Below are positions 14,770 to 26,420 of a stretch of DNA of 64,000 nt, in pieces; positions within the stretch are counted from its first letter, which is position 1, and the number at the start of each line of letters is the position of its first letter. The DNA is from Convolutriloba macropyga. Lineage: Eukaryota. The notes under the pieces were generated by a model that was not told the origin of the DNA, ran no database searches, and saw only the letters and a program-made list of their open reading frames with translations. The translations under genes were made by a program, and so were the position numbers. The stretch spans positions 62,434,001-62,498,000 of the forward strand of contig NC_134473.1 of the NCBI RefSeq assembly GCF_964194025.1, read 5' to 3'.

Positions 14770-15272
14770 GATACTTTTTGTTCCGACAGCTCTTGAGGGG
14801 GGAGGAACTAAATACTCAAACGGGTTTTTTTGTTTAGACAATCGTAGAGTTGTGAGTGGTATCATTAGTTTGATATCATTGAATTTCCTTTTCTAGAGAG
14901 AGTTATCGATGTTTAAATGTTTGTGAACATTAGACAGATTTACGTTACTTTTATTCACATTTTCCGGAATTTTTGACTTAAATTTCGTCAATTTTGCTAA
15001 ATTTTGTTAAAATTTCATATGAATAGTGTTGTTGATTTCATTTTTACATTTTTTATCAAATTTCTTGGCAAAAATTTAGACCAAATATTTCAAAATAAAG
15101 CCCTTTTCATAAGAATTAGCACAAAATAAGCCTCTTTAGACCATTATGACTAAATTTGGGAACTACACACCCAAAAACCACTAACACAACCTTTGTAGAC
15201 TCAAAAGAGGGCTATTTCTACTTTAACTTCCGTTGCCAGTGCTCCGTCATTAAAACTTTGCCGTTTTTTGCT
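14770..15272. repeat. Dispersed ~500-bp repeat, inverted relative to copies at ~59510-60075 and ~62680-63245
   Basis: gttccga...gggaggaacta.atactcaa, ttgtgagtggtatcatt and taaaactttgccgttttttgc match the reverse complement of 59509-60072. Confidence 0.7.
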
Positions 15273-15483
15273 AACTTTACTCGTTGATTATCAAAAACGC
15301 GGCATTTATGATTTTTTAACTAACAGTATATCTACATCTATAACATTCGAAAAATTAAGTGTTCTTAATGGTCAAATAAAACTAGCAGGGCTAGTTGTGG
15401 ACTGTTGCCATCCCAAAAAAAAAACGGATTGTAATCAGTCCGTATTCTTTCAGAAAAATTTGATTTTTCATATTAATTAAAGC

Positions 15484-15866
15484 TCAGTAGTGAAAGGTCC
15501 AATTGGCCTTCTAAGCAGCTCCAAGATGTCTATTTTTTAACTTAAAACCTTATGGTAGTTTTGATTTTAAAAAATAATTAATATTTAAAGAAATAATGGC
15601 TTATTTTTTCTCCACTATTTTTGCACTATTTATGCCAATATTTTTCTGTTTAATTGGTCAAATTGTAGCTGAATATCAGCTCCAATCTGACCACTTTAAC
15701 AGAAAAATATAGGCATAAATAGTGGGAAAAAGTGGAGAAAAAATTAGCCATTATTTCGTTAAAAATCAATTATTTTTAACTCAAAACTACCAGAAACATT
15801 CAAGTTACAAAATAGACACATTAATTTGGAGCTGCTTAGGAGGCCAATTGGACCTATCACTAATGA
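15484..15866. mobile_element. Foldback/MITE, ~380-bp near-complete palindrome
   Basis: TA-gtgaaaggtccaattggccttctaagcagctccaa ... ttggagctgcttaggaggccaattggacctatcac-TA. Arms pair inward to the centre agctga-ata-tcagct (~15667-15681). Possible TA target duplication. Confidence 0.85.
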
Positions 15867-17662
15867 TTTTTGCTTTGAAATGTTCTGTTCTTTGTTTAAT
15901 AAGAAAAATCAAACTTCCTCCTTTCTACAGGATTAAAATTTAATCTTTATTGCGGTTTTACGCCTTAATTTATGGTATGATGGCTTGGATACAACTAGAT
16001 TTCACAATTTGTTTCTATTTTTTGGCGTTTGCCCATTTTTTGTACTTTTTCGCGTTTTAACACATTATCACCTTTTTGACAGTTCAAATATCACATTATT
16101 GGCGTTCGAAATGAGGCACAATTGAACATATCAAAATCCCTAAAGATATAGACTATGGTTTTAACGGCTTCGACGCCACTCACTCCACGAACTTAAATGA
16201 ATTTTTCAATTTTGACTGTAGCTCTCGTTTTTACATTGTTTTTAAAGTCTTATTAAATTTCCTGTATAATGACAGGTTTCATTGGTTTTCATGGAAGAAT
16301 AGATGAGCCGATATTCTGATATCAGTAGATAGCTGATGGTTTTCATGAAAACAACAAATAAAATTTTAATTTCGCAATTTTGCTCTTTTTATTGTCTATC
16401 TGTTACCTAGTCTCAATAATTACAGTTCATATATGACATTATTGATGTCAAGGGAAGCTGTCATAAGAGATTGATGTCACAAAATCTAATGTTCTTAAAG
16501 AATTCGTTATGACTTTACTGACTTCGACACGGGTTTTAAAAGTAAAAATTGCGACACAAAAAACAGAATTTTAGATTTTTGTCAAAATTGACGTTCTTTT
16601 TGTAGCCGTAAGAATATATTCCGGATAATTGCAAGTGTCAAGGGTTTGCTTTGGACGAATAAACGAAACTATTTACTTAATTCGTTTTGTAATTAATGGC
16701 TTTCATGACTTTGGAAATATTATTTTTCAAAAAATACAAAAGTTTTGCTTAATTTTGCCGTTTTCTTTGCTGTCTGCTTGTTACCTAGACTCATTAATAA
16801 GAGGTCACATACTATATTATCGGTGTTCGAGGTAGGCGCAATCTAAGATATTTTAAGAGACAATATGGCTTTACGGCTTCGCCAGCGTTTTCTGGCAAGT
16901 TTCAATTGAATTTTTGTTTTCGTTTGTTTTCTATTTGTTCCTTTTGTAGCCGCAGAGAAAAATGAAAAACGACAAGTCTTAATGCCCTTTTATAGACGCA
17001 TAGGTATTCGTAAACCTGTGGGATATTTTCACTTGATTTTAGTGGTTTTCATTACTTTGAAATTAATTGTTTTTTTTAAATCATAAGCCAATTTTTTTTA
17101 ACTTTACTGTTTTTCTTTCTTATCTTATTGATACCGAGCATTATTATGGACTTGTCCTATATTTTTTCTACTGAACTACAAGTTATTTTGCTTAGTTTCA
17201 GTTTCATCTGACGCTATTTTGACTTTGTTATTAAGTTTTGTTTTTTTTTAAAATGGGCATAAAGTTTTGGATGTAATTAATGTTTGTTGTTGTTTGATTT
17301 TGCTGTTCGTCTTGACTCGCTTTCTTAATATTGGCAGATCTCATCAATCTAACGTCTCATTTTTCACTCCACTGAGTTATTGTTTTGGAGGCTATCGTTT
17401 TGTTCATACCATTTTTTTTGAAAAATACTAGAATTTTTTGGGGTTTTCTATCTGTTTCTCATTTGGTAGACAATTATGCCAAAATTGTTGATGAGCGGGG
17501 TCGGAACCTTGTGTGCGATCGCACATTACCGAGCCTCCTTGTTTTAGAATATATGCCGATTTGCTTCCTCAGCTTGGTATGAAATAAGTCAAATGACCAT
17601 TAAGGTGTTAAAACAACGAGCTAAACCTTACTCCAGTTACCATAAAGTTTATTTCAATTCAC

Positions 17663-17799
17663 CTCGTTTTTAGCATCCATACAAATGTAGCACCAGTAAC
17701 CGTAGCAGATTGTTCACCAACTCCCAAACCCTCGAAGGTCGCTCTCGCAGCCAATGTCCCACACACAGAGCTGAAGAGAGCTTGGGCTGAGTCCCACAC
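17663..17799 (-). CDS. RUSF1: RUSF1-like exon 2
   Basis: Acceptor tttttttctcatag|, translation VWDSAQALFSSVCGTLAARATFEGLGVGEQSATVTGATFVWMLKT, donor AG|GTGAAT. 137 bp, phase 0 to 2. Not in the ORF track. Confidence 0.9.
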
Positions 17800-20700
17800 C
17801 TATGAGAAAAAAAGAGGACTAAATAACATGTTGCCTAGCTATTATGGCTGGAAGGATTGCGAGAATGACAAGTTTGTCACGGAAATGATGGCAAAACATT
17901 TTTGTTCCGACCCAGATTAGTGAGGGAAGAACTATATGCGCAACTGATTTTTTTTGTTCAGTCAATTTTCGCCGATCGATACAATAATTGTACATAGCTG
18001 TGAGTGGCATGATAGAAAACTTGTCAAGCGTAGAACGTGGAGTATAAAATAATTTTTTTGAATTTCGCATTTTTCAAGGCGTTAGGGTGGCTAATTGTTT
18101 TGTGAACGTTAGATTCACTTCCGTTGTTCACATTTTTCACAGAATTTCCTGAAATTTGGATCAAATTTGCTCACAAAATACGCTAAATCTGCTAATGATA
18201 GTCTCATTGGATTTGCGTTTAGAGGTAGAAGAGATTGGCTAAATTGTTTCAACCAACAATTTTGAAAATGCATCATTTTTTTCTATTTTTCAGAAGGAAA
18301 ATGCACCAAATATGCTTCTTTAGCCCACTTTGTCCAAATTGACCGGCAGTTCAGACAAAAACAAAATGCTGACAAAATCTTCAGTTACTCAAATGAGGGC
18401 AATTTTTACCTCAGAAAGTGTTCCTCAGAAAATGTACTGAATCCAACAATTTTTCGGCATTTCGCTAATTTAAACCCATATCAAAATTACATCTATATTT
18501 GATCTATTAGTATTTTCGTTTTTCAAAAAATCTATTAAAAACTATTTGGAACAATGACTTTTTCAACGACCACGCTGCGATAGCAAGGTCAGTTTTGTTT
18601 TCATCATTGAATCTAGCAAATAAAAAGGCATTCGGATTGTATTTTGGCTCTGGATTGTTTTTTCATGTCAATTACCAACAAATCTGTTTTCATTTAGATG
18701 TTCTATTAATGAGAGTTCCTATTCATGGTCAAATGCGGTCCCAAAAAATTATTGGGTTTTCTGAGGGGAGCTGAGTGTTTTCATGTCTCCGTCGAAGTGT
18801 TTTGTTAAATTCTTAATGAATTCTGAGTTGTCAGCATTTTTTATTCTATTTGAAGTCTTATGACAGCGACAAAACAATCAAAAGTCTACTTCGCTACCTA
18901 AGGAGCTATAAAGAACTCGCTAACGCTTTCAGTTGGTACCTTCGCTGACAAAACTTATTAATTATCTAAAACTTGTCATTTATTTTGATATATTGAATTT
19001 TTGCCAAAGTAGCTACTTCGGTAACATTTGCAGCAATAGCAAGGCTAGTTTCGGTCCAATTGTGCAATTTTATAGATCATAATTATACGGATTTTAATAA
19101 GGCAGTGTTCGTTTTCCATTAAAAATTTTGACTGTCTTTATGCTATTGCCCGCTCAAATGATTTCAAATCAGAGCTCAATTCGTGACAATTCAAACTTAA
19201 ATGCAAATGAACCAACAAACGGAGGCCAATGAACATAAAATAATTTCAGCCAAAAGCTTCAAACTTTGAGTAAAATTGTTTGCAAAACTTTGAATTCTTT
19301 CTTCATTCGTTTTTATTTTGTCATCTTTTGAATTGGTCCCACTAATAACAGCTCCAAATGTCCCCCTAAGCAGTAACAAGCTCATGTAATTACTAATTTA
19401 TCGTTGAAAGTTGATTGATTTTCAATATTTCAAAAAAATTAGTGGCTTTTTGAGCTTTACAATTTTTTATCTTATTTCTATCAGGTTGTAGCGTAGTCTC
19501 AGCAAAGAGAGATAACGCGTTCTCTTTCATGTATGGAGTCTTCATTGCCGTTTTATATTCAAAAAGTCGTTTTTGCTTTGATACTACGAATTCCGATAAC
19601 TTTTTTTGGGAAATTTTGCAATTTTAGGGTTCTTATAGCTGTCTTTTTCGATTTTTACAGTAATGAAAAGTTATATATCACATTAACGACATTGAAAGAA
19701 GGCGCAATTTTTCATATTTGATGTTTTTAGTGAAAAGCTTATGATTTTAGAGGCTTCGACTCCACTTTCTCGGAAAATTTAATTTACTTTTTGATTTTCC
19801 CTGTATTCGCTCTTTTTCTAATCATATGACATTCTGACATGTCTCAATAGCTTCCTATGGAGGTACAAATGAAGCCGTTTAATGATTACAGTTAATAGCT
19901 TATGGTTTTCATGACTTCGAATGGTTTTCAAAAAGAATCAACTTACTTTCTAACATTGCGCCTGTGTTTTTTGTCACTTCTTAATTATTATCAATAAAAA
20001 CATCTCATTCCAATATCTTTACTGAAATGCAAGTAAATTTGTTCAGTTCAGAGTTTATCTCATGCTATTTTGACTTTGTTATTCAGCTTTTCCTAAATAG
20101 ATCGACATTGTTTTGGTTGTAATTAAAGCTTCTCTAATTTGATTTTGTTGGTTGTCTTGCTTTTCAGTCTCTTTAATGGCAGGGGTCACTTAGGGAGCTC
20201 AAACTTAGGAGGGTAAATTCTTAATGACCTCCGAGTAACATAACAGTACTCTACAAGCATTAATACCGTCCTTCACACCATGAAATTGTCTCCTCAAAAC
20301 AGTTTTGGTAAATCACATTCTTAAGAGTATAATAAGAGAACTTAATGACCTCCGAGCACTTCCTGTTTATCTTGTTTTTGAGGACGAAAAGTCAAATGGG
20401 CCAGACGAAAAATCGGTCACGCAAAAAATTACATGAAACGATCACAGGACTAATATATAAGTGCAATTAAACAATCTCACGACTGCAAGAACAGAGAAAT
20501 ATGGACAATAATCTGAATCTTGTTGAAAATGCTATAGCCGCAAACAATCTATCGTAAGCAAAAACCGTTAACAAAGCCTTTTTAGAGTATCTTAGGCGAA
20601 AGAAATAGCATATCAAAGAGTTTTGAGAATGGGCGTCAAAATACCTCAAATGGCAACATTGCTCTAAAAAAATCTCATACTTTGATCTAGTCTTGTTTTT

Positions 20701-20899
20701 TTTCAAATCATCGTAAGCAAAGTTGCTTAAACCAATTTGAAAGAAATTAAGCCAAGTGTTTTTTCTGCTAAGGGATAGAAACAAAGTTGATGTCTTTTTA
20801 GCATGCTAGTCAGTCTGCTCTGTTGGAAAGTTATTAAGATCACATTCGGCTGTATATATAAATGCCGCCGTCAGTTTATTCAAAACCGATACGGCTTCA

Positions 20900-22030
20900 G
20901 AAAAATTTAGGTCTGCAACGCTTCAGCAGCTAATGTTTAGGAGTTCCCCCAAGGAGATTGAGAAAAAAGTTTGCAAATCCGTAAGCCAAGCCAAGCATCG
21001 GATGCTTCCATAACATTACTTAAACGATGCGAATGCAATCGACACTACCCCCATCACAAGTTAAAGTTAAAGCAAAGTAGTTTCACTCAGAGACATGCTA
21101 ATTTTTATCCTAATGATCAAAAAGAATTTTTCACGATAAACAATGTCCCATGAGGTCTGTCAAATATCTCCAGAGGCATGCCGCACGGCTATCTTATGGC
21201 CTCAGCTGTTCTTGATTTTAATCAACGACCTCACAAATGTCTTTCTAGGCATTGAATTCTATGGAGTCGCCTACGAATTCAAAGAGATGTTGCCTAGGCC
21301 AATAAAGTCTTGATTACTCAGCAACACAGTCGTAAAAACCAAATGAACCTTAATGCAAAAAGAGTTTATTTTAAAATAAGGGAAATTTGCCATCACAGTT
21401 CAATAACGGTAGAAAATTTTAGATCAGCAGCAACACTAAACGAGTTAGGTTTGGTATTTGGCAACTTAAACAGGAATGATAATCTCTAATCGCCGTCGCC
21501 ACCAAATCTTTATACCTCGTCAAAAGAAATGTATCATATACATGTTCCACTACTAATGCCTTGAATGACTACAAGGGTGATCTTGCGTCACACTCAACTT
21601 ACGCCTCCCAGACATACATATCCAAACAGAGGTCACTTGAAAACTCGAAGAGCAGCAGATGACAGCAAAAAATTTAAAATTATGTAGCAAAAAAATGGTA
21701 TTAGGTAAAACCAACAATTACATTGATAGACTGAAGGAATTTTAACTGCTTGCTACCGACGTGCCTTTACACCTAAATGCAAGATTTGTTAATAATAAGC
21801 TTAAAAATAAGCTAAAATCTTCACTTCACAATTGAATCTTTCATCAACTGAAACAGCTCTATAAGGTTGTTTTTTTTAAAAAAAAAATCTTAAAGCTCGC
21901 AAAAGCAATACTTTCCACGCTATCTTAGGGTATAGCAGGCATCAGTTGAAATGGCAGCCCCCACAGAAAGCTATAATAAACTGAACGAACAAGTTGTGTA
22001 CTAAAAGTGGGTGTAAAAGGTAACCAGATC
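20900..22030 (+). mobile_element. Highly decayed LINE RT and C-terminal relic
   Basis: At 21175-21240 GMPHG...PQLFLILINDL corresponds to GVPQGSxLGPLLFLxxINDL. The 3' part (21748-22030) recurs at 24163-24540. Confidence 0.6.
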
Positions 22031-22294
22031 TTCAACTACTATTCACACATTAAATATTGAGGGAAAATAATAAGGTAGAGATAAACACCTAGTTTGTGAC
22101 ATTTTTACTTGTTGAATTAAATGGACCCTCCGTAAAAAAAAACACTATGATTCGGCAAATACTTAGTTGTTTTCATTGAAATACTGAATGCTCTTAGACA
22201 AAGGTTATTTCTATTCAACTAATAGAAACAAAAACTCACACAATCAACTTAGCATTCCTTAATAAGGGCAGGTGTCTCAATTTTTGAGGCTAAC

Positions 22295-22516
22295 CTGATA
22301 CTCGAAATAATCATCGCTGACACTCATCGGATAGTTCCGTGGCAGAAACAAATCAGACAGTAAAGTCCGAAACTTTCTCCGTCGGGTATGTTCTTTTACT
22401 GACAAGGAAGTGGGTGTTTTGATCAAACAGCGCTGATTTGCATCTCCGGCCCCATCAACTGGCTCTAACACTGATTTCGAAAGCCCTTCAGTCGAACTGC
22501 ACTCATAAGTAAGCAT
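22295..22516 (-). CDS. RUSF1: RUS1/DUF647 family protein (RUSF1/C16orf58-like), coding exon 1
   Basis: ATG at 22516. Encodes ...LLSDLFLPRNYPMSVSDDYFEYQ, matching the family motif FLPxGYPxSVSxDYxxYQ. Ends at CAG|GTTAGC, phase 0. Confidence 0.9.
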
Positions 22517-24159
22517 AACACTCTAAAACATTTCAAATCGTTTCCGGTCCCATTGGGCAGTTTATGATCATTAAGCCACAAATTAAGCGTTGTTATATCA
22601 CACGATTTATACCCAATACCAACATAGCTCTGCAAACAAATGTACAAATGTCAAATTCTCCTCACAAATTTATAGAAAGTGGCGTTTTTTCAAAAGTTTT
22701 CAAACGATGCATTGTTTGAAGATCCAAAGAGATACAGACCAATTGGCAACTCTTCCTTCGGATCATTCTCCGTTTGTACCCCCGCCCCACCCCTCCCATC
22801 TTAGTGGTTGCATACTATTTGCAATCTTCAGACGCATGTGCTATACTTTTACATAAAGATTTACTATGTAATGGTACGTGCTGTAACTGCGGGGGGGGGG
22901 GGGCATAACGTACGGTGGGCATACCTAGTATAACATAACGGAAAAGATCCCTTTTTTCTAGAGAATTGCCCTGAAGAACTTCAAACACCTTGATAAAAAC
23001 CAGCTGCCTCACACAGAGAAGTCAGCATGCCAAAACTTCATTCAACAGAAAGCTGGGAACTTTTCCGTTTGTGCCTCCACCCCAATAGTGGGTGCATATT
23101 ATTTGCACTATCCAGAAGCACATGCCATATTTCTATAATGATTTACAATGTACTGGCACGTGCTCTGTAACTGGCGGTTGCATTACGGAATGGGCACACG
23201 GAAAAGATCCATACAAACACCAAACAACAGAGGTACAGAAGTCTTAAAATATTTAGTAATTCGATAAACTCTGTTCAAGGGACAAATGTAGTAAACAAGT
23301 ACAAGGTATTGGTAGTTTTAGGTAAAGGTAGGGGAGCTCGGAAAAAAAAGTTTGTCAAGCAGCAACTTACAAAGAGCAGCCCAGTAGCTCAGCAACAGTT
23401 TCGAAAAATTCTTCAGTATTTGACATCTGCTCATCTGTCAATACAAAGGACGATTCAGAAAAAATACAGTATACAGTCAAACGCAATCAGCACAAAAGCT
23501 CTTCACCATTGAAGCATACAATTGTCAGGTAACACAAAGCAGCACGTTGACAGCCAGCATACAGTAAAAATGTACCGACGACACAATGAACACATCCGAA
23601 AAAATTAGACAATTACAAATACTTCAACAGAAGCAACAAGTTTCCTCAGCAGAAGCCGCAGAATATTTCGACAGCATTCAGAAAATTTTTCAACAGAAGA
23701 TATCAACAAAGTCAAACATAATAGGAGAAATAGATGAGTCTATAGCTTCAAGCATCGGTTTCTATGATCCGATATCTGATTTTTGGTACCCAAAATGGGG
23801 GCGGAGTGTGTCAGGAGGCTCATGCTAAAAAGACCAACTTTGCAACACCAAGTCATAATGTTGATTTTATGTAATTCAATGGTTGGGAAGTGAATGATTT
23901 TTTTCATGGTAGCAAAAGAAGATTTGTGAAGCAAGTCTCACGAATGTTTTAACTGTTGCCCATGAATAACAGTGGGAATAGCCCAGGCATATCGTGCCGA
24001 AGCCACTCAAAACCATTAGGGGTCTTTTTTGAAACACCACCAACATTGGCATCAGTGAAGCAAGCTGCTTAGCTTGGTTCTCTGCTTGAAGTCTGACACC
24101 ATACATTTATTATTAACTGAAGGCGGAGCACCGCACAACATTGACTGATGGCATTTCAA

Positions 24160-24545
24160 CCGCTTGCTACCGCCGTGCCTTTACACCTAAATGCAAGATT
24201 TGTTGATTCGCTTGTCAATACTCACCAGCATGCTTATTGCAATATTATCAGCTGTTTAGGTCAACCTGACAATACAACAAATGGCGTCAAAATTATGAAA
24301 AATAAGCTGAAATCCTAATTTAGACAAAGCTTTCATCAACTGACATAACTCCATAAGGTTGTTATTAGAAATATTAATGCTCGCAAATAACTTTGGGGAA
24401 AAACAATGAGCAAGCTGTATTAGCAATACTTTCTACGCTATTTCAGTGTATAGCGGGCAGCAGTTGAATTAGCAACCCCCACAGAAAGCCATAATAAACT
24501 GGACGAACAAATCGTGTACCACAAGCGCGTGCCAAAGGTATCCAA
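24160..24545 (+). repeat. Second copy of the LINE tail at 21748-22030
   Basis: Shared cttgctaccg.cgtgcctttacacctaaatgcaagatttgtt, agcaatacttt..acgcta and cccccacagaaagc.ataataaactg. Confidence 0.75.
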
Positions 24546-24917
24546 CGATTAAAACAAGTGCTTAACTTTATAAAAGCTCAACCGAAATACAATGGAGATT
24601 ATATAAACACAAACTCCGCCAATTGATCCAAAAAAGCTCCGCCAATACTCTTCTTCGAGTCGGTTAAAAGACACAAAAACATCCAAACCCTTTGGACTGT
24701 GAAAAACCAAGAGAAAATCAATGGAGCTCTGCTCAGCTATTACAATAGCTCCCTGCATGAGTGAGTGCCATAACACTAGCGTTGAGTATCAGAGCACAGG
24801 CTATGTGCCAGAACACTTTAGGAGTGTAAAAAGGACCAACTACTCAAACATTGAATTCTGTTGTTGAAACATTGACAAAACTACGAGGAGCCTCTAAATT
24901 GGCAAAAGTGGGGATAA

Positions 24918-24945
24918 TTTATTAATTGTACAACAGTTATTTATT
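24918..24945 (-). promoter_or_regulatory. Two AATAAA polyadenylation signals in the ZNF706 3' UTR
   Basis: tttatt on + at 24918-24923 and 24940-24945, i.e. AATAAA about 65-90 nt downstream of the ZNF706 stop. Confidence 0.6.
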
Positions 24946-25010
24946 CCTTGCATAGTTCCACCGTGTTGACGATTGTTGTGTCCTTTGCAGCAACATTCAC
25001 ACAGTTATCT

Positions 25011-25235
25011 CTACACCTCGAGACATTCAGAGGGCAAAGGCAGCTTCGGATGTTTGCTTTCGAAGTGTTGTTTGTAAGTCTTGATGTCTCCCAATTGAAT
25101 CATGCACACACTGCACTTGTAGTGCAAGGCTGCCTCTGCTGTCTTTTTATGATCACCCGCATTTTTCTTGGCTGTTTTAGCCTGCTTTTGAGCATTCTTT
25201 TGCTGAGATTGGATCTTTTGTTGACCCCTAGCCAT
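25011..25235 (-). CDS. ZNF706: Zinc finger protein 706 (4F5/SERF-like N-terminus plus one C2H2 finger), intronless CDS
   Basis: MARGQQKIQSQQKNAQKQAK...CSVC...KTYKQHFESKHPK closely matches the conserved ZNF706 protein. Splice acceptor ttattttcag| lies 17 nt before the ATG. Confidence 0.95.
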   Translation of the reverse strand: MARGQQKIQSQQKNAQKQAKTAKKNAGDHKKTAEAALHYKCSVCMIQLGDIKTYKQHFESKHPKLPLPSECLEV

Positions 25236-25559
25236 TTACTCCCAATACGAATCTGAAAATAAAGCGGACATTTACTGAGGGACATCTCCATCAATAAATG
25301 AGTGCACTGAAAACTTGAGCAATAATTTAAGATATCATTACTTTGCATAAGTAGGAGTAAACTAACCAAAAACACCCCTGCCCAACAAGGAGTATTTGCG
25401 GATACAGGGTCCTCCCAACCCGAACTCTAAGTCTACAAAAAGAATTTTGTAATTGTTATGATAAACTTAAACAGTTTCAGATAGTATTGGTTCGTCAGAA
25501 TGACGACAAAAGTTGAAGTATTCTCATCGGCAGGCTCGCCAATCTATTGATCAGCTCTT

Positions 25560-25910
25560 CGGCGTTGTCTATTTTACTCATATCAACTAGAAGGTGTCGT
25601 ACTGTTGAGAGTGTTTGTCAAGTCTTTGAAACAGTCCAGTGATGGGCTTGACACATCTTCAATTTGTAGCTGATTCCACTCATTAGGTACCTGCACTGTA
25701 AAGTAGTTCTTCCGCAATGCAGTTCTTGGTAACGACTTTGCGCTGGTTCCCCCTTGTATCACAATTCGTTCTAAATAAACCAGATGTCACCTCTGCGTCG
25801 TACTTCTCCGTCAGTATCTTGTAGTTCTGTACCATCCTGCCTCTTTTCCAGGGATAGTTTAATGTTGGTAGCCTGAGTAACTTGAGTATTTTGGAAGTTC
25901 GTTCTTCTGA
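25560..25910 (-). mobile_element. CR1-type LINE 3' fragment
   Basis: LKLLRLPTLNY...RG.MVQNYKILTEKYD...TRGN resembles the CR1 ORF2 C-terminus (LPTLxxRRxRGDMIxxYKI...TRGH). Confidence 0.7.
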
Positions 25911-26165
25911 TCTCTCCCACCATGCGGGCTGCTCGACGTTCGAAGGAGCAAACATAGAAACTAACACCAATGACGCACGAAAGACGAGCAAATAAAACTT
26001 GAAAAAGACGAACAAATCCTATCATTAGAAAGTTTATACACCAACGTTCCCGTAAAGGAAGCCACTAATATTGCCCTGCGATCGCTTTATGCTAGGGACG
26101 AAAAACCAGACATACCTAGAACAATGAAACGTCTGCTTGAATTAGCCGTCACCAACGTCCATTTT

Positions 26166-26420
26166 GTTGTTGTTGTTGGGGATTTTCTTTACAGAAGGGA
26201 TTTCTCCCGATCAAAAGAGTTATAGGAAATAAGTCCATGTCTCTCTGCAGTGTTGACAGTCACAACAGATGTGCCACGATCAGACGTTTTCTGGTTTGTA
26301 CCGCATCATGATATCATTCCACATTTGCTTTAGAATTCTGTGTTTCAGGCCGTGTTGATTTCCGAAGTCAATGCTGTGATGAAGTCTGTTGGCTATCTTT
26401 TGGGTGCGAAAGAAGAATTC
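26166..26420 (-). mobile_element. 3' end of a non-LTR retrotransposon nested in the PLE RT
   Basis: Minus strand reads EFFFRTQKIANRL...W...SWHICCDCQHCR...stop, then a short 3' UTR ending in (AAC)4. It splits the PLE frame between TNVHF and NESRYCQ. Confidence 0.7.

Noticed and set aside
23586-24106. ORFs between RUSF1 exon 1 and ZNF706
   Set aside because: Short, with no recognisable domain or convincing splice structure. Probably a repeat relic.
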